DNA of 64,000 bases. Source: an uncultured Acidobacteriota bacterium (GTDB lineage: Bacteria > Acidobacteriota > Thermoanaerobaculia > Multivoradales > SZUA-115). Of this stretch, positions 33,612-45,414 are shown in pieces. Each line of letters opens with the position of its first letter. Position 1 is the stretch's first letter. The stretch is from positions 1 through 64,000 of the forward strand of contig CAWDVR010000005.1 in assembly GCA_963805975.1 (NCBI GenBank), given 5' to 3'. The position numbers were made by a program, and so were the translations under genes. The notes below the pieces were generated by a model. It was not told the origin of the DNA. It worked only from the letters and a program-made list of their open reading frames with translations, and ran no database searches.

Positions 33612-35125
33612 ACTTCCTCGATCGTGAAGCGCTCCTGATGAAGCTCCGGGTCGCTCTGCACCAGGACGCCCACCGCGAGCGTCCGCTCCAGCTCGTCGAG
33701 GATGGCGCGCTCCTCCTGCTGCAAGGCGCGGGCGACCTCCGGATGCACCCGCACCAGGAGCTCGCGGCCCAGGATCTCGCCCTTGAGGCGCAGCACCTCG
33801 CGCCGCAGAGAGAGGCAGATGGTGGACACCGAACGGATGCGCGAGGTGCCGCCGCAGTAGGGGCAGGGCTGGGTCAGGAGACGCTCGAGGTTGGTGCGGC
33901 TGCGCTTCCTGGTGATCTCGACCAGGCCGAACTCCGAGATGTTGAGCATCTTGTTGCGCGCCCGGTCCTTGTGCAGCTCGGTGGCGAAGGCCTCGAAGAC
34001 CTCCTGCCGGTGCGCCTCCTCGGTCATGTCGATCAGGTCGACGACGATGATCCCACCCAGGTCGCGCAGCCGGATCTGGCGCACGATCTCGCCCACCGCC
34101 TCGAGGTTGGTCTTGAGCACCGTGTCCTCGAGGTTGCGGTCGCCGGTGAAGCGGCCGGTGTTGACGTCGATCGCCACCAGCGCCTCGGTCTGGTTGATGA
34201 CGATGTAGCCGCCCGATTTGAGCCACACCTTGGTGCGCAGCGCGGCCTCGATCTGGGCCGGCACGTTGAAGCGGTCGAAGAGCGAGCCCTCACCACGGTA
34301 GAGCTTGACGCGGCCGACGAGCGCCGGCTGCACCTGGTCCAGGAACTCGACGATCCGGGTGTAGGTCTCCTCGCCCTCGACCATCAGCACCGAGAAGTCG
34401 GCGTTGAACACGTCGCGCACCACGCGCAGCGCGAGGTCGAGGTCGCGGTGCACGAGGGTGGGCGCCGAGACCCGGCGGCTCCGCTCGTGGATCTCGCCCC
34501 ACAGCCGCCAGAGGTAGGCGACGTCGGCCTCGAAGTCCTGCCGCTGGCGGCCCTCGCCCAGGGTGCGGACGATCAAGCCGCCCGAGGGCGGCCCGAGGTT
34601 CTCGACCGCCGCCAAGAGGCGCTGCCGCTCGGTGTCGTCCTCGATGCGGCGCGAGACCCCGAAGTGGCGCACCGTGGGCAGCAGCACCAGGTAGCGGCCG
34701 GGGAGCGTCACCTGGGTGGTGATGCGCGCGCCCTTGTTGGCGAGCGGCGCCTTGACCACCTGCACCAGGAGCTCCTGGCCCGGCTTCAGGAGGTCGTCGA
34801 TCGACGGCGAGGGGCTGGCCGGGAAGCCGCCGCCATGGGTCTCGTCGAGGTCGAAGTGGGGCTCTTCGGCGACGGCGCCGGAGACCTCCTCGGTGACGTC
34901 GCTCACGTAGAGGAAGGCGTCGCGCTCGAGACCGATGTCGACGAAGGCCGCCTGCATGCCGGGCAGCACCCGCGTCACCCGCCCTTTGTAGAGGTTGCCC
35001 ACGATGCCGCGGTGGCGCAGCCGCTCGATGAAGATCTCGGTCAGCCGGTCTTCCTCCAGCACCGCGATCCCCGTCTGGTGGGGATCGCTCTCGACCAGCA
35101 TCTTGGACTGCAGTGCTTCGCTCAT
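33608..35125 (-). CDS. rng: Ribonuclease E/G family (RNase G-like)
   Basis: Motifs GNLYKGRV..VLPGMQAAFVDIG, IDVNTG and RLRDLGGIIVVD. Confidence 0.93.
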   Translation of the reverse strand: MSEALQSKMLVESDPHQTGIAVLEEDRLTEIFIERLRHRGIVGNLYKGRVTRVLPGMQAAFVDIGLERDAFLYVSDVTEEVSGAVAEEPHFDLDETHGGGFPASPSPSIDDLLKPGQELLVQVVKAPLANKGARITTQVTLPGRYLVLLPTVRHFGVSRRIEDDTERQRLLAAVENLGPPSGGLIVRTLGEGRQRQDFEADVAYLWRLWGEIHERSRRVSAPTLVHRDLDLALRVVRDVFNADFSVLMVEGEETYTRIVEFLDQVQPALVGRVKLYRGEGSLFDRFNVPAQIEAALRTKVWLKSGGYIVINQTEALVAIDVNTGRFTGDRNLEDTVLKTNLEAVGEIVRQIRLRDLGGIIVVDLIDMTEEAHRQEVFEAFATELHKDRARNKMLNISEFGLVEITRKRSRTNLERLLTQPCPYCGGTSRIRSVSTICLSLRREVLRLKGEILGRELLVRVHPEVARALQQEERAILDELERTLAVGVLVQSDPELHQERFTIEEV

Positions 35126-36186
35126 CGGTTGACGTGCCGCCGGAGGTCGACGCCCAGGATCAGCCCCGTGGCGAGAAAGTTGAGCAGAGTGAACGAGCCG
35201 CCGTAGGAGATGAAGGGCAGCGGGATGCCGGTGATCGGCACCAGGCCCACCACCATGGCCGTGTTGTAGAGCACGTGGAAGGCGAGCATGGAGAGCAACC
35301 CCGCCACCATCAGGATGCCGGCGCGGTCGCGGGCGCGCATGGCGACCACGGTGGCGTTGACGAAGAAGAGCGAGTAGAGCCCCAGAACGGTGATCACCCC
35401 CAGGAATCCCCACTCCTCCGCCACCACCGCGAACACGAAGTCCGTATGGCGCTCGGGCAGGAAGCGGAGCTGGCTCTGGGTGCCCTGCATGTAGCCGCGG
35501 CCGGTGAGCTGGCCGGAGCCCACCGCGATCTTGCTCTGCCGGACCTGGTACCCGGCGCCCTGGGGGTCGGCGCTGGGAGTGAAGTAGGTGAAGACGCGCT
35601 GGCGCTGGTAGTCCTTCATGCCGAGCGTGAAGACCAGGGCACCGACCACCAGCCCGATCGCGGCGAGGCCGAAAAAGGTCTTCAAGCGCATGCCCGCCAC
35701 CAGCGTCATGCCGGCAAAGATCGGCATGTAGAGGAGCGCTCCACCGAGGTCCGGCTCGCGGGCGATGAGCACCATAGGCACCGCCACCAGCACCAGGCCG
35801 ACAGTGATCTGGCGCAGGGTGAGGTAGCGCTGGTTCGAGAGCGCGAAGTAGCGGGCCAGGAGCAGCGTGGTCGCGAGCTTCATCATCTCCGAGGGCTGGC
35901 CGCCGAGGCCGCCCCAGCCGAGCCAGCTCCGCGCTCCACCGCGCACGTCGCCGAAGAACAGCACCAGCACCAGGGCGACCAGCCCCAGCCCGTAGAGCGC
36001 CGGCGAGAGATCCATCAGCACGTGGTAGTCGAGGCTGACGGTGAGCGCCACCAGCACCAACCCGAGCCCCACCCACAGCAGTTGCCGCGGCAGGTAGTCG
36101 TGGGTGAGCTCGGAGCTCGCGCTGTGCACGGTGGCGAGGCCGATGGCGGCGAGCAGCAGGGCGGCGACGAGCAAGACCCAGCGCAC
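35122..36186 (-). CDS. rodA: Rod shape-determining protein RodA (start uncertain)
   Basis: Motifs QPSEMMK, EPDLG, GYQVRQSKIAVGSG, LPERHTDF and PLPFISYGGS. Confidence 0.95.
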   Translation of the reverse strand: MRWVLLVAALLLAAIGLATVHSASSELTHDYLPRQLLWVGLGLVLVALTVSLDYHVLMDLSPALYGLGLVALVLVLFFGDVRGGARSWLGWGGLGGQPSEMMKLATTLLLARYFALSNQRYLTLRQITVGLVLVAVPMVLIAREPDLGGALLYMPIFAGMTLVAGMRLKTFFGLAAIGLVVGALVFTLGMKDYQRQRVFTYFTPSADPQGAGYQVRQSKIAVGSGQLTGRGYMQGTQSQLRFLPERHTDFVFAVVAEEWGFLGVITVLGLYSLFFVNATVVAMRARDRAGILMVAGLLSMLAFHVLYNTAMVVGLVPITGIPLPFISYGGSFTLLNFLATGLILGVDLRRHVNR

Positions 36187-36214
36187 GCCCGCCAGGCGGC
36201 GCCCCTGCGTCCCT

Positions 36215-38017
36215 CTAGCCCCCGACGAGGGTAGGGCCAGGTTGGACGTCGACGCTCGCGAAGAAGATCTCATAGAGGGCCCTGGCGACCGGCGCGGCGT
36301 TGACCGAACCGGCGCCCGCGTGCTCGAGAAAGACCACCACCACCAGCTCGGGATGGTCATAGGGTGCAAAGGAGGCGAACCAGGCGTGGTCGCGGTGCTC
36401 GACCTTGAGCTCGGTGTTCTTGGTCCAGGTCTTCTGCGTCACCACCTGGGCGGTGCCGGTCTTGCCGGCGACCTCGATGCCGGGAAGCTGCGCCTGGCGG
36501 CCGGTGCCGTCCCCTTCGTTGACCACCGCCCACAACCCGCGGCGCACCAGCGCCACGGCCTTGGGGTCGAGCCCCAGGAGCTCCGGCTTCGGCACCTCGG
36601 CCCCCTGCACCAGGTGCGGGGTGGCGTAGCGCCCGCCGTTGGCCACCACCGCCGCCATCGCCGCCATCTGCAGCGGCGTGACCAGGAGCGGGCCCTGGCC
36701 GATCGCCACCGAGATGGTCTCGCCCGCGTACCAGGGATGCTTGCGGGCGGCGAGGCTCCAGGCACTGTCCGGCACCAGGCCGGCCTTCTCGCCCTTGATG
36801 TCGATGCCGCTCGGCCGCCCGAGATGGAACTTGCGGGCATAGCGCGCGATGCGCTCGATCCCCAGGCGCTTGCCCAGGTGGTAGAAGTAGACGTCACAGG
36901 AGTACTTGATCGCCCGGTGCAGGTCCACCGTGCCGTGGCCGCCCTGTTTCCAGCAGCGGTAGCGATGGTCGTAGAAGGTGGCGGCGCCGCCGCAGAACTC
37001 GGTATCGGAGGGATTGATGACCCCTTCCGAGATGCCGGCGACCGCCATCACGATCTTGAACACCGAGCCCGGCGAATAGCGGCTCTGCAAGGCGCGGTTC
37101 TGGAGCGGATGGTTGGGCCCCTCGATCAGCGTCCGCCACTCGTCGGCCGCGAGCGGCCGGGTGAAGAGATTCGGGTCGTAGGAGGGCGAGGAGGCGAGCG
37201 CGCGAATGGCGCCGTCGCGCGGATCGAGGGCGACGATCGCTCCCACCTTGCCCTCGAGCTGGCGCTCAGCCTCCTGCTGGAGCGCGAGGTCGAGGGTCAA
37301 GGTCAGATCCTTGCCCGGGTGCGCCGGCTTCTTGCCGTACTCCTCGAGCGCCTGGCCGCGGCTGTCGACTACCACGATGCGCTCGCCGTCCCGGCCGCGC
37401 AGGCTCTTGTCGTAGGTCGCCTCGATGCCCTTCCTGCCCACCAGGTCGCCGGGGACGTAGACCTCGGGCGCGCTCTTCAGATCCTCCTCGCTCACCTCGC
37501 CCAGATAGCCCAGCACGTGCGCCGTGCCGCCCGCCTGGCGGTAGATCCGCTGGTGGCCGATCTCGACCTCGAACTCGGGGTGCTCGAGGCTCGCCACGCC
37601 GAACCGCGAGACCTCGGAGAGCGAGAGGTTCTTGGCCAGGGTCACGGGCTGGAACTGGGGCAGCGAACGCACGCGCTCGAGGGTCGCCTCGAGGTCCGCG
37701 GGCGCGCGGCCGAGGATGCGGGCCGCGTAGGCGACGCTCGCCGCGAGGTCGTGGGCCCGGGTGCGGTCGAGCGTCAAGTCGTAGCTCGGCACGTTCTCGA
37801 CCAGGATGTTGCCGCCGCGGTCGAAGATCAGCCCGCGCGGCGCCTTGATCGGCACCTTGCGCAGGCGATTGTTCTCCGCCAGCTCCCGGTAATGATCGCC
37901 GCGCACCACCTGGGTGGTCCAGAAACCGGCGACGACGATCAGCAGCAGGGCGTGCAGACTGCCGACCAACCGCTGCACGCGGCCCACCAGCTCGTCCTTG
38001 TGCTCGCGGACGTTCAT
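36215..38017 (-). CDS. mrdA: Penicillin-binding protein 2
   Basis: APRGLIFDR; SVFK (SxxK), SCD and KTGTAQ. Confidence 0.95.
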   Translation of the reverse strand: MNVREHKDELVGRVQRLVGSLHALLLIVVAGFWTTQVVRGDHYRELAENNRLRKVPIKAPRGLIFDRGGNILVENVPSYDLTLDRTRAHDLAASVAYAARILGRAPADLEATLERVRSLPQFQPVTLAKNLSLSEVSRFGVASLEHPEFEVEIGHQRIYRQAGGTAHVLGYLGEVSEEDLKSAPEVYVPGDLVGRKGIEATYDKSLRGRDGERIVVVDSRGQALEEYGKKPAHPGKDLTLTLDLALQQEAERQLEGKVGAIVALDPRDGAIRALASSPSYDPNLFTRPLAADEWRTLIEGPNHPLQNRALQSRYSPGSVFKIVMAVAGISEGVINPSDTEFCGGAATFYDHRYRCWKQGGHGTVDLHRAIKYSCDVYFYHLGKRLGIERIARYARKFHLGRPSGIDIKGEKAGLVPDSAWSLAARKHPWYAGETISVAIGQGPLLVTPLQMAAMAAVVANGGRYATPHLVQGAEVPKPELLGLDPKAVALVRRGLWAVVNEGDGTGRQAQLPGIEVAGKTGTAQVVTQKTWTKNTELKVEHRDHAWFASFAPYDHPELVVVVFLEHAGAGSVNAAPVARALYEIFFASVDVQPGPTLVGG

Positions 38018-38518
38018 CGCGACAATCGCACCCGGTCGACACGGTCGATGCGCCGGCGCTCGCGCGCCCCGCGGAAGCTCTCGGTGGCGGCGTAGAAGGC
38101 TAAGGCCACCAGACCGTTGGCCGCCGCCGTCACCACCCACCACGGGGGCGCCTGGCCCTCGCGATCCCTCATCAGGGTCACGGTCAGCGCGAAGAGGATC
38201 GCCTGCTGGACCAGGGTGGCACCGAGCACGGTCGCCATCACCGCCGCCGGGCGCTCGATGATGAGCCGCTGACCGAGCCGCGCCGCGGAGTAGCCGATGA
38301 AGGTGTCGGCGAAGCCATGCAGGCCGTAGGGGCTGCCCGACAGGCCGTCGTGGACGAAGCCGCAGATGGCACCGCCGACCAGGCCGGCGAGCGGACCGCC
38401 GGCGAGGCCGTTCCCGACCGCGAGCACGGCGAAGAGGTCGACGAAGCGGGGGAAGTCCGGGGCCAGCGCCACCCCACCCATGTGGGCCAGGACGACGGCG
38501 GCGAGCCCGGCGGCGAAC

Positions 38519-38532
<14 letters not shown>
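38014..38532 (-). CDS. mreD: Rod shape-determining protein MreD
   Basis: Hydrophobic protein with a G...D.LSG..YGLH motif, located between mreC and mrdA. Confidence 0.88.
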
Positions 38533-40557
<2,025 letters not shown>

Positions 40558-41997
40558 CTAAAACGTCTCGACGAACACCCGTTCCCGGCGTTCGATGGTG
40601 TTGCCCCGGGCGTTCTCGGCCCGTAACGTCACAAAGCTCCAACCCTCCTCGAAGACCTGGATGGTGGTGGTGAACGACCCGTCCGGCGCGACGGTGATCC
40701 GCTCGCCGTTGATCGTGAGCTCGGCACCCGGCTCGGTGGCGCCGCGGAGCATGAAGATATTGCCATACGAACTGACCGAATGGAGCTGAATTTCCAGCTT
40801 TTTTCCCTCGGCGGCGTCGTTGGCGAGCGCCGCCACCCGAAAGCGGCGCGGCGCGCTCCAGGGACCCTGCACGCCGTCGCCGTCGACCGCCGCCACTCGC
40901 CACTCGAAGCTGCCCTCGCCGCGCAGGCCGAGCGTGGCGCCGGTCCGCACCCGGTCCGGGGCATCGATCACCCGGTCGGTGAAGGCGCTGTCCTTGGCGA
41001 TCTGGAGGGCATAGCGGACGGCACCGCGGATCGGGCTCCAATCGAGCGTCATCTGCTGCGCCTTGCCGAAGTTGACCTGGAAGTTGTCGGCCGGGGCGAG
41101 GAGCTGGGGCTCGCCGGGCAGGTCGCTGGGCGGTGACAGCTCGGTGCCCACCTGCACCACCTGCTTGAGCGGTGCGACCTCGCGCCGCACCCCGCTCCTG
41201 GCCGCCACCTCGACGCTCCCCTCGTAGCTCACGAAATGGGCGGTGCCGGAGTCGCGGTCGTAGGACACCGCAGCCTCGGAGTCGCGGCCCACCCGGGCGT
41301 GCGCCTCGGGCGTCGAGACGCTCGAGTCGCGCTCGCTGGTCTCCATGTTCACCCAGCCGTATTGCATGCTGATCGCCTGCTCCGGGCTGCCGCCGGGCGA
41401 GCTGGTGCGATAGACGCGGAACATGGTGTTCGCCCGCACCACCGAGCGCGTGCCGTTGGCGAAAGCGATCTCCGCGCTGCCGCCGGGACCGGTACGCACG
41501 TAGTCGCCCGAGGAGAGGGCGGCGCCGTCGGCCGCCGGCTCCCAGTCGCCGCTCTCGCCACGGCTGTACTGGACGCTGCCGTCGACGGTCAAGAACCGGG
41601 CCTCGCCGAACGAGTCGCGGCGACCGAGCGAGACCTCGATCCACTCGAGCAGGCTCCTGGCGCTCCTGGCGCTGGTGAGCGCGCGGGAGTGGTCCCCCTC
41701 GTCGTAGCTCGCGCGGGCCTCGCCGGCGGTCCTCCTGGCGTCCTCGAGCTCGGCGCGATAGGAGCCCACGCCGACCTGTTGATCGAGCTCGGCCACCAAC
41801 CCCTCGACCGCGGCGATCGCGGCCTCCGCGGCGCGCTTGTCGAGACCCTTCTCCCAGGAGCGGAACCCGAAGGCTCCCGCCACCAGCGCCGCGGCCACGA
41901 GCCCAAGGGTCGTCCACGCTCGGAGGGAGTCCACCGAGATGCTGTACCAGTCATTGAGCCGGCGCTTTTTCTTGTCGGCCACTCTGTTCTCGGCCAC
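40558..41997 (-). CDS. Membrane-anchored FecR-domain protein with FN3/Ig-like C-terminus
   Basis: N-terminal TM helix; GDYVRTG..GSAEI.F.NGT and STPEA; WRVAAVD.DG..GPWS. Confidence 0.75.
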   Translation of the reverse strand: MAENRVADKKKRRLNDWYSISVDSLRAWTTLGLVAAALVAGAFGFRSWEKGLDKRAAEAAIAAVEGLVAELDQQVGVGSYRAELEDARRTAGEARASYDEGDHSRALTSARSARSLLEWIEVSLGRRDSFGEARFLTVDGSVQYSRGESGDWEPAADGAALSSGDYVRTGPGGSAEIAFANGTRSVVRANTMFRVYRTSSPGGSPEQAISMQYGWVNMETSERDSSVSTPEAHARVGRDSEAAVSYDRDSGTAHFVSYEGSVEVAARSGVRREVAPLKQVVQVGTELSPPSDLPGEPQLLAPADNFQVNFGKAQQMTLDWSPIRGAVRYALQIAKDSAFTDRVIDAPDRVRTGATLGLRGEGSFEWRVAAVDGDGVQGPWSAPRRFRVAALANDAAEGKKLEIQLHSVSSYGNIFMLRGATEPGAELTINGERITVAPDGSFTTTIQVFEEGWSFVTLRAENARGNTIERRERVFVETF

Positions 41998-42198
41998 TCG
42001 GTTTCGGCGAGATGGGGGTTCTCGGCCTGCACTAGGAGTTTTCTTCGGGACAAGCTTCGGGAATATACCACAAGTCTCTGTAAAAGCGAGGGTTAGGCGC
42101 CATTCGCGGCGGCTTCGCCGGTACCTTCTCGCCTTGCCCCGCGCCGCGGACTGCTGCTACAGTCCTGCGCCTCTCCGAATGGGGGGAAGGGGACAGCT

Positions 42199-44148
42199 AT
42201 GCTTCAGTGGACGCGCGACAACCTCAAGCATCTCAAGTGGACTCTCTGGCCGGTGATCCTCGCCTTCGTGGCCGGCTTTGTCGTCATTCCCCAGTTCGAC
42301 AGCGGTGGTGGCGGCGACGATCGGGTGGCGACGATCGGCGACGAGACCATCACCCAGGCCGAGTTCGAGCGCGAGTATCGCAATCTCCAGGATCAGTACC
42401 GGAGCTCGTTGGGCGAGCGCTTCACGCCCGAGCTCGCCCAGCAGTTCCGCCTGCCGCTGCAGGCGATCAACCAGCTCGCGGCCGAGAAGCTGATGGTGGA
42501 AGAGGCGCGGCGCGCGGGCCTCACGGTGACGGATGCCGAGCTCCGCCAGCTCCTCATCGACATGCCGGGACTGCAGGACGAGAGCGGCCGGTTCATCGGC
42601 TCCAGGCGCTACGCGGAGGTGCTCAGGGCGAACGGCTACCCTTCGCCCGCGGCTTTCGAGAGCGGGCTGCGCGAGAACCTGCTCGGCCAGAAGCTGCAAG
42701 CGGCGCTGGCCGCCGGCGTCTACATCCCGGACGCTGCGGTCGAGGCGCGCTATCGGCGGGACGTGGAGAAAGCCCAGATCCGCTACGTAGAGGTCCCCGG
42801 CTCCCGCTTCGCCGCCGATGTGAAGGTCGAGCCCGAGGAGGTCAAGTCCTTCTTCGACGCCCGGCGCGAGGAATACCGCCGCCCCGAGCAGCGCGTGGTC
42901 AGCTATCTGCTCGTCGACGCCAACCGCCTGGGCGCGACGCTCGAGGTCCCACAGTCGGAGATCGCCGACTTCTACGGACAGAACCAGGCCGACTACTCGC
43001 GAGAGGAGCAGGTCCACGCCCGGCACATCCTGATCAAGGTGGACGACAACCGCAGCGACGAGGCGGCGAAGGCCTTCGCCGCGGAGGTGCGCCGGCGGCT
43101 CGAGGGCGGGGCCGATTTCGCGGCCGTGGCCAAGGAGGTGTCCGAGGACCCCGGCTCGAAGCCGCGCGGCGGGGACCTCGGCTACCTGTCCCGCAACGGC
43201 GTGGTCCCGGAGTTCGGCGAGGCCGCCTTCTCCGCCACTCCCAACCAGCTCGTGGGCCCGGTGAAGTCCTCTCTCGGCTACCACCTGCTGGAGGTGCTCG
43301 ACCATCGCCCCGGCGGCCAGCGGCCGCTCGAGGAGGTCTCGAACCAGATCCGCCAGCGATTGCAGAACGAGCGCGCCCAGGCGCAGGCCGAGCAGAAGGC
43401 GGCGGCGCTCGCCGAGCGCATCGGGAAAGAGAAGCTCACCTCCGACGAGCAGTGGAAGGGGCTCACCGAGGGCGCGCCCTACATCACGGTCGAGAAGTCT
43501 CCGGCCTTCGGCCTGCAGGACAACGTGCCCGGCGTCGGTCGCGCGCCGGAGTTCCTGAGCACCGCCTTCGAGCTCGAGAAGGGCGAGGTCTCCGACCCCG
43601 TCCGGCTGCCTCGCGGCTGGGCGATCCTGCGCCTCGACGAGGCTCTCCCGCCTCGCCTTCCCGAGCTGACCGAGGTCGAGACGCAGGTCCGCCAGGCGCT
43701 CAACAAGCAGAAGCAGGACGGTCTCGCTCTCTCCCGCCTGGCGGCGGCGCGCCGGGAGCTCGATGCCGGCCAGAGCCTCGAGCAGGTGGCGAGCGGGCTC
43801 GGCGTCGAGGTCAAGGACAGCGGCGAGTTCGGCCATGGCCAGCCGGTCGCCGGGCTGGGCCCCAACCCCGGGTTGACCGAGGCGGCGCTCGCTCTCTCGC
43901 CCGGACAGACCGGCGGTCCGGTCGCCTCGCGGCTGGGCGCGGTCCTCTTTCAGGTGACCGAGCGCAAGAGCTGGGACCCGCAGGAGTTCGCCCGCGAGAA
44001 GAACTCCACCCGGCGGCAGTTGGAGGGCGAGCAGGCGCAGCGCCTCCTCGCCTCGAGGATCGAGAGCCGCATTCGCGAGGATCTGGACTTCAGCAAGCGG
44101 TTCATCGCCGCCTACGGGGCGCCTCCCGAGCCGGCGCAGAAGCGTTGA
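42199..44148 (+). CDS. SurA/PpiD-like peptidylprolyl isomerase chaperone
   Basis: SurA N-terminal domain; HARHILIK and SEDPGS..RGGDLG parvulin motifs. Confidence 0.92.
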   Translation: MLQWTRDNLKHLKWTLWPVILAFVAGFVVIPQFDSGGGGDDRVATIGDETITQAEFEREYRNLQDQYRSSLGERFTPELAQQFRLPLQAINQLAAEKLMVEEARRAGLTVTDAELRQLLIDMPGLQDESGRFIGSRRYAEVLRANGYPSPAAFESGLRENLLGQKLQAALAAGVYIPDAAVEARYRRDVEKAQIRYVEVPGSRFAADVKVEPEEVKSFFDARREEYRRPEQRVVSYLLVDANRLGATLEVPQSEIADFYGQNQADYSREEQVHARHILIKVDDNRSDEAAKAFAAEVRRRLEGGADFAAVAKEVSEDPGSKPRGGDLGYLSRNGVVPEFGEAAFSATPNQLVGPVKSSLGYHLLEVLDHRPGGQRPLEEVSNQIRQRLQNERAQAQAEQKAAALAERIGKEKLTSDEQWKGLTEGAPYITVEKSPAFGLQDNVPGVGRAPEFLSTAFELEKGEVSDPVRLPRGWAILRLDEALPPRLPELTEVETQVRQALNKQKQDGLALSRLAAARRELDAGQSLEQVASGLGVEVKDSGEFGHGQPVAGLGPNPGLTEAALALSPGQTGGPVASRLGAVLFQVTERKSWDPQEFAREKNSTRRQLEGEQAQRLLASRIESRIREDLDFSKRFIAAYGAPPEPAQKR

Positions 44149-44738
44149 TCGGCTATCTCAAGGGCGTACCGCTCGCGGTGCGGCCGGACTCCGTCCTGCT
44201 CGACGTGGGTGGCGTCGGGTACGCCCTTTCGATTCCCCTCTCGACCTACTACGCCCTGGAGCGCGCGGGGGAAGGGCGGCCCGTGGGGCTCTATGTCCAC
44301 ACCCATCTGCGGGAGGACGAGATCAGCCTGTACGGCTTCTCGACGGAGCTCGAGAAGCTGCTCTTCGAACGGCTGATCGCGGTGTCGGGCGTCGGCCCTC
44401 GGCTCGCCCGCGTGCTCCTCTCCGGCATGCCGCCGGAGGAGGTCATCGCCGCTCTCGCCGCCGGCGACGCGACGCGCCTGACACGCATCCCCGGCGTCGG
44501 CCGCAAGACCGCCGAGCGGCTGGTGCTGGAGCTTGCGGACAAGATTCGGGAGCTGGGCCTCCCTCTACAGGCCCCACCCGCCATGGCGGCCGACGGCGAG
44601 GTGATCTCGGCGCTCGTCAACCTCGGCTACAAGATCGCCCTCGCCGAGAAGGCGGTGGCCGAGGCGCGGCGGCTGGCACCGGACGCCGAGTTCCACCAGA
44701 TCCTGAGAGCGAGCCTGCAGCGGCTGGCTCGCGGCTGA
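44145..44738 (+). CDS. ruvA: Holliday junction branch migration protein RuvA
   Basis: IGYLKG, DVGGVGY, LYGF, VSGVGPR, IPGVGRKTAERL and ALVNLGY; TTG start. Confidence 0.96.
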   Translation: MIGYLKGVPLAVRPDSVLLDVGGVGYALSIPLSTYYALERAGEGRPVGLYVHTHLREDEISLYGFSTELEKLLFERLIAVSGVGPRLARVLLSGMPPEEVIAALAAGDATRLTRIPGVGRKTAERLVLELADKIRELGLPLQAPPAMAADGEVISALVNLGYKIALAEKAVAEARRLAPDAEFHQILRASLQRLARG

Positions 44739-44967
44739 GAGCGCTGCTTTTCCGAGGTCCCCACCTCGGCTGGTCCCGGAGTTACTTTTTCTCGACGGCA
44801 GGTCTTATACTCTTGTGTGCAGACATGGAGATGCCTTCGGAGTCTTCGCGGGTCGACCGGCGCCCAATGACCTGTCCCTGCTCGGTCGAGGCCCCGCACC
44901 TCTGAGGCATCAACGTCGGTGTCGGAACATTTCCGGCTGAACCCGGCTTCCTCATGGAGGGCTGGCC

Positions 44968-45063
44968 ATGCGTCTCCTGCTCTGGTTGCTTTCGCTGCTC
45001 GAAAATCCTCTCACCCCGTTCCGCGCCATCGAGGAGGGCTCCCTCAACGACCCCGATGGTTAG
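44968..45063 (+). CDS. 31-aa peptide MRLLLWLLSLLENPLTPFRAIEEGSLNDPDG (putative signal-peptide precursor)
   Basis: GGAGG at 44956-44960, 7 nt before the ATG; hydrophobic N-terminus, acidic C-terminus and host-like codons. Too short for the ORF track. Confidence 0.65.
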   Translation: MRLLLWLLSLLENPLTPFRAIEEGSLNDPDG

Positions 45064-45132
45064 TGTCGCGCCCTACCCAGGCTCGCGAAATGGCACCTCG
45101 CGAGCGACTCCTGAGGTATAGTCGTGACAGTC

Positions 45133-45414
45133 ATGTCTGGGATCTACGCCGCGCGAGCGCGCGGCAGGAGCGCGACCGAGGGCAAGGCGGAAGGCCCCTT
45201 CGTCGAGTTCCTGCGCACGGTTCAGCCGAAGGCTACTCGGCTGATGGAGAGTTACTGCCTGGCGCCCGAGGCCACGTCCTCGATCTTTCACGACACGCTC
45301 GAAACTCTGGTGTGGAAGTGGGAGACGGTGCGAGATCGCGAGAGCTGGCTGCTGGCGGTCCTGCAACGCAAATGTGAGCTTCTCGCCCGCCCGCCCGGCG
45401 AGGTGCGGCGGTGA
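45133..45414 (+). CDS. Stand-alone sigma-70 region-2-like mini-protein (no region 4)
   Basis: FVEFLRTVQPKATRLMESYCLAPEATSSIFHDTLETLVWKWETVRDRESWLLAVLQRKC resembles ECF sigma region 2; TATAGT upstream; GTGA overlap with the next gene. Confidence 0.6.
   Translation: MSGIYAARARGRSATEGKAEGPFVEFLRTVQPKATRLMESYCLAPEATSSIFHDTLETLVWKWETVRDRESWLLAVLQRKCELLARPPGEVRR

Noticed and set aside
44825-44905. Short ORF MEMPSESSRVDRRPMTCPCSVEAPHL and a 57-aa antisense ORF in the ruvA-ruvB insert
   Set aside because: Neither has a convincing RBS or recognisable features; the region is better explained by the hairpin.
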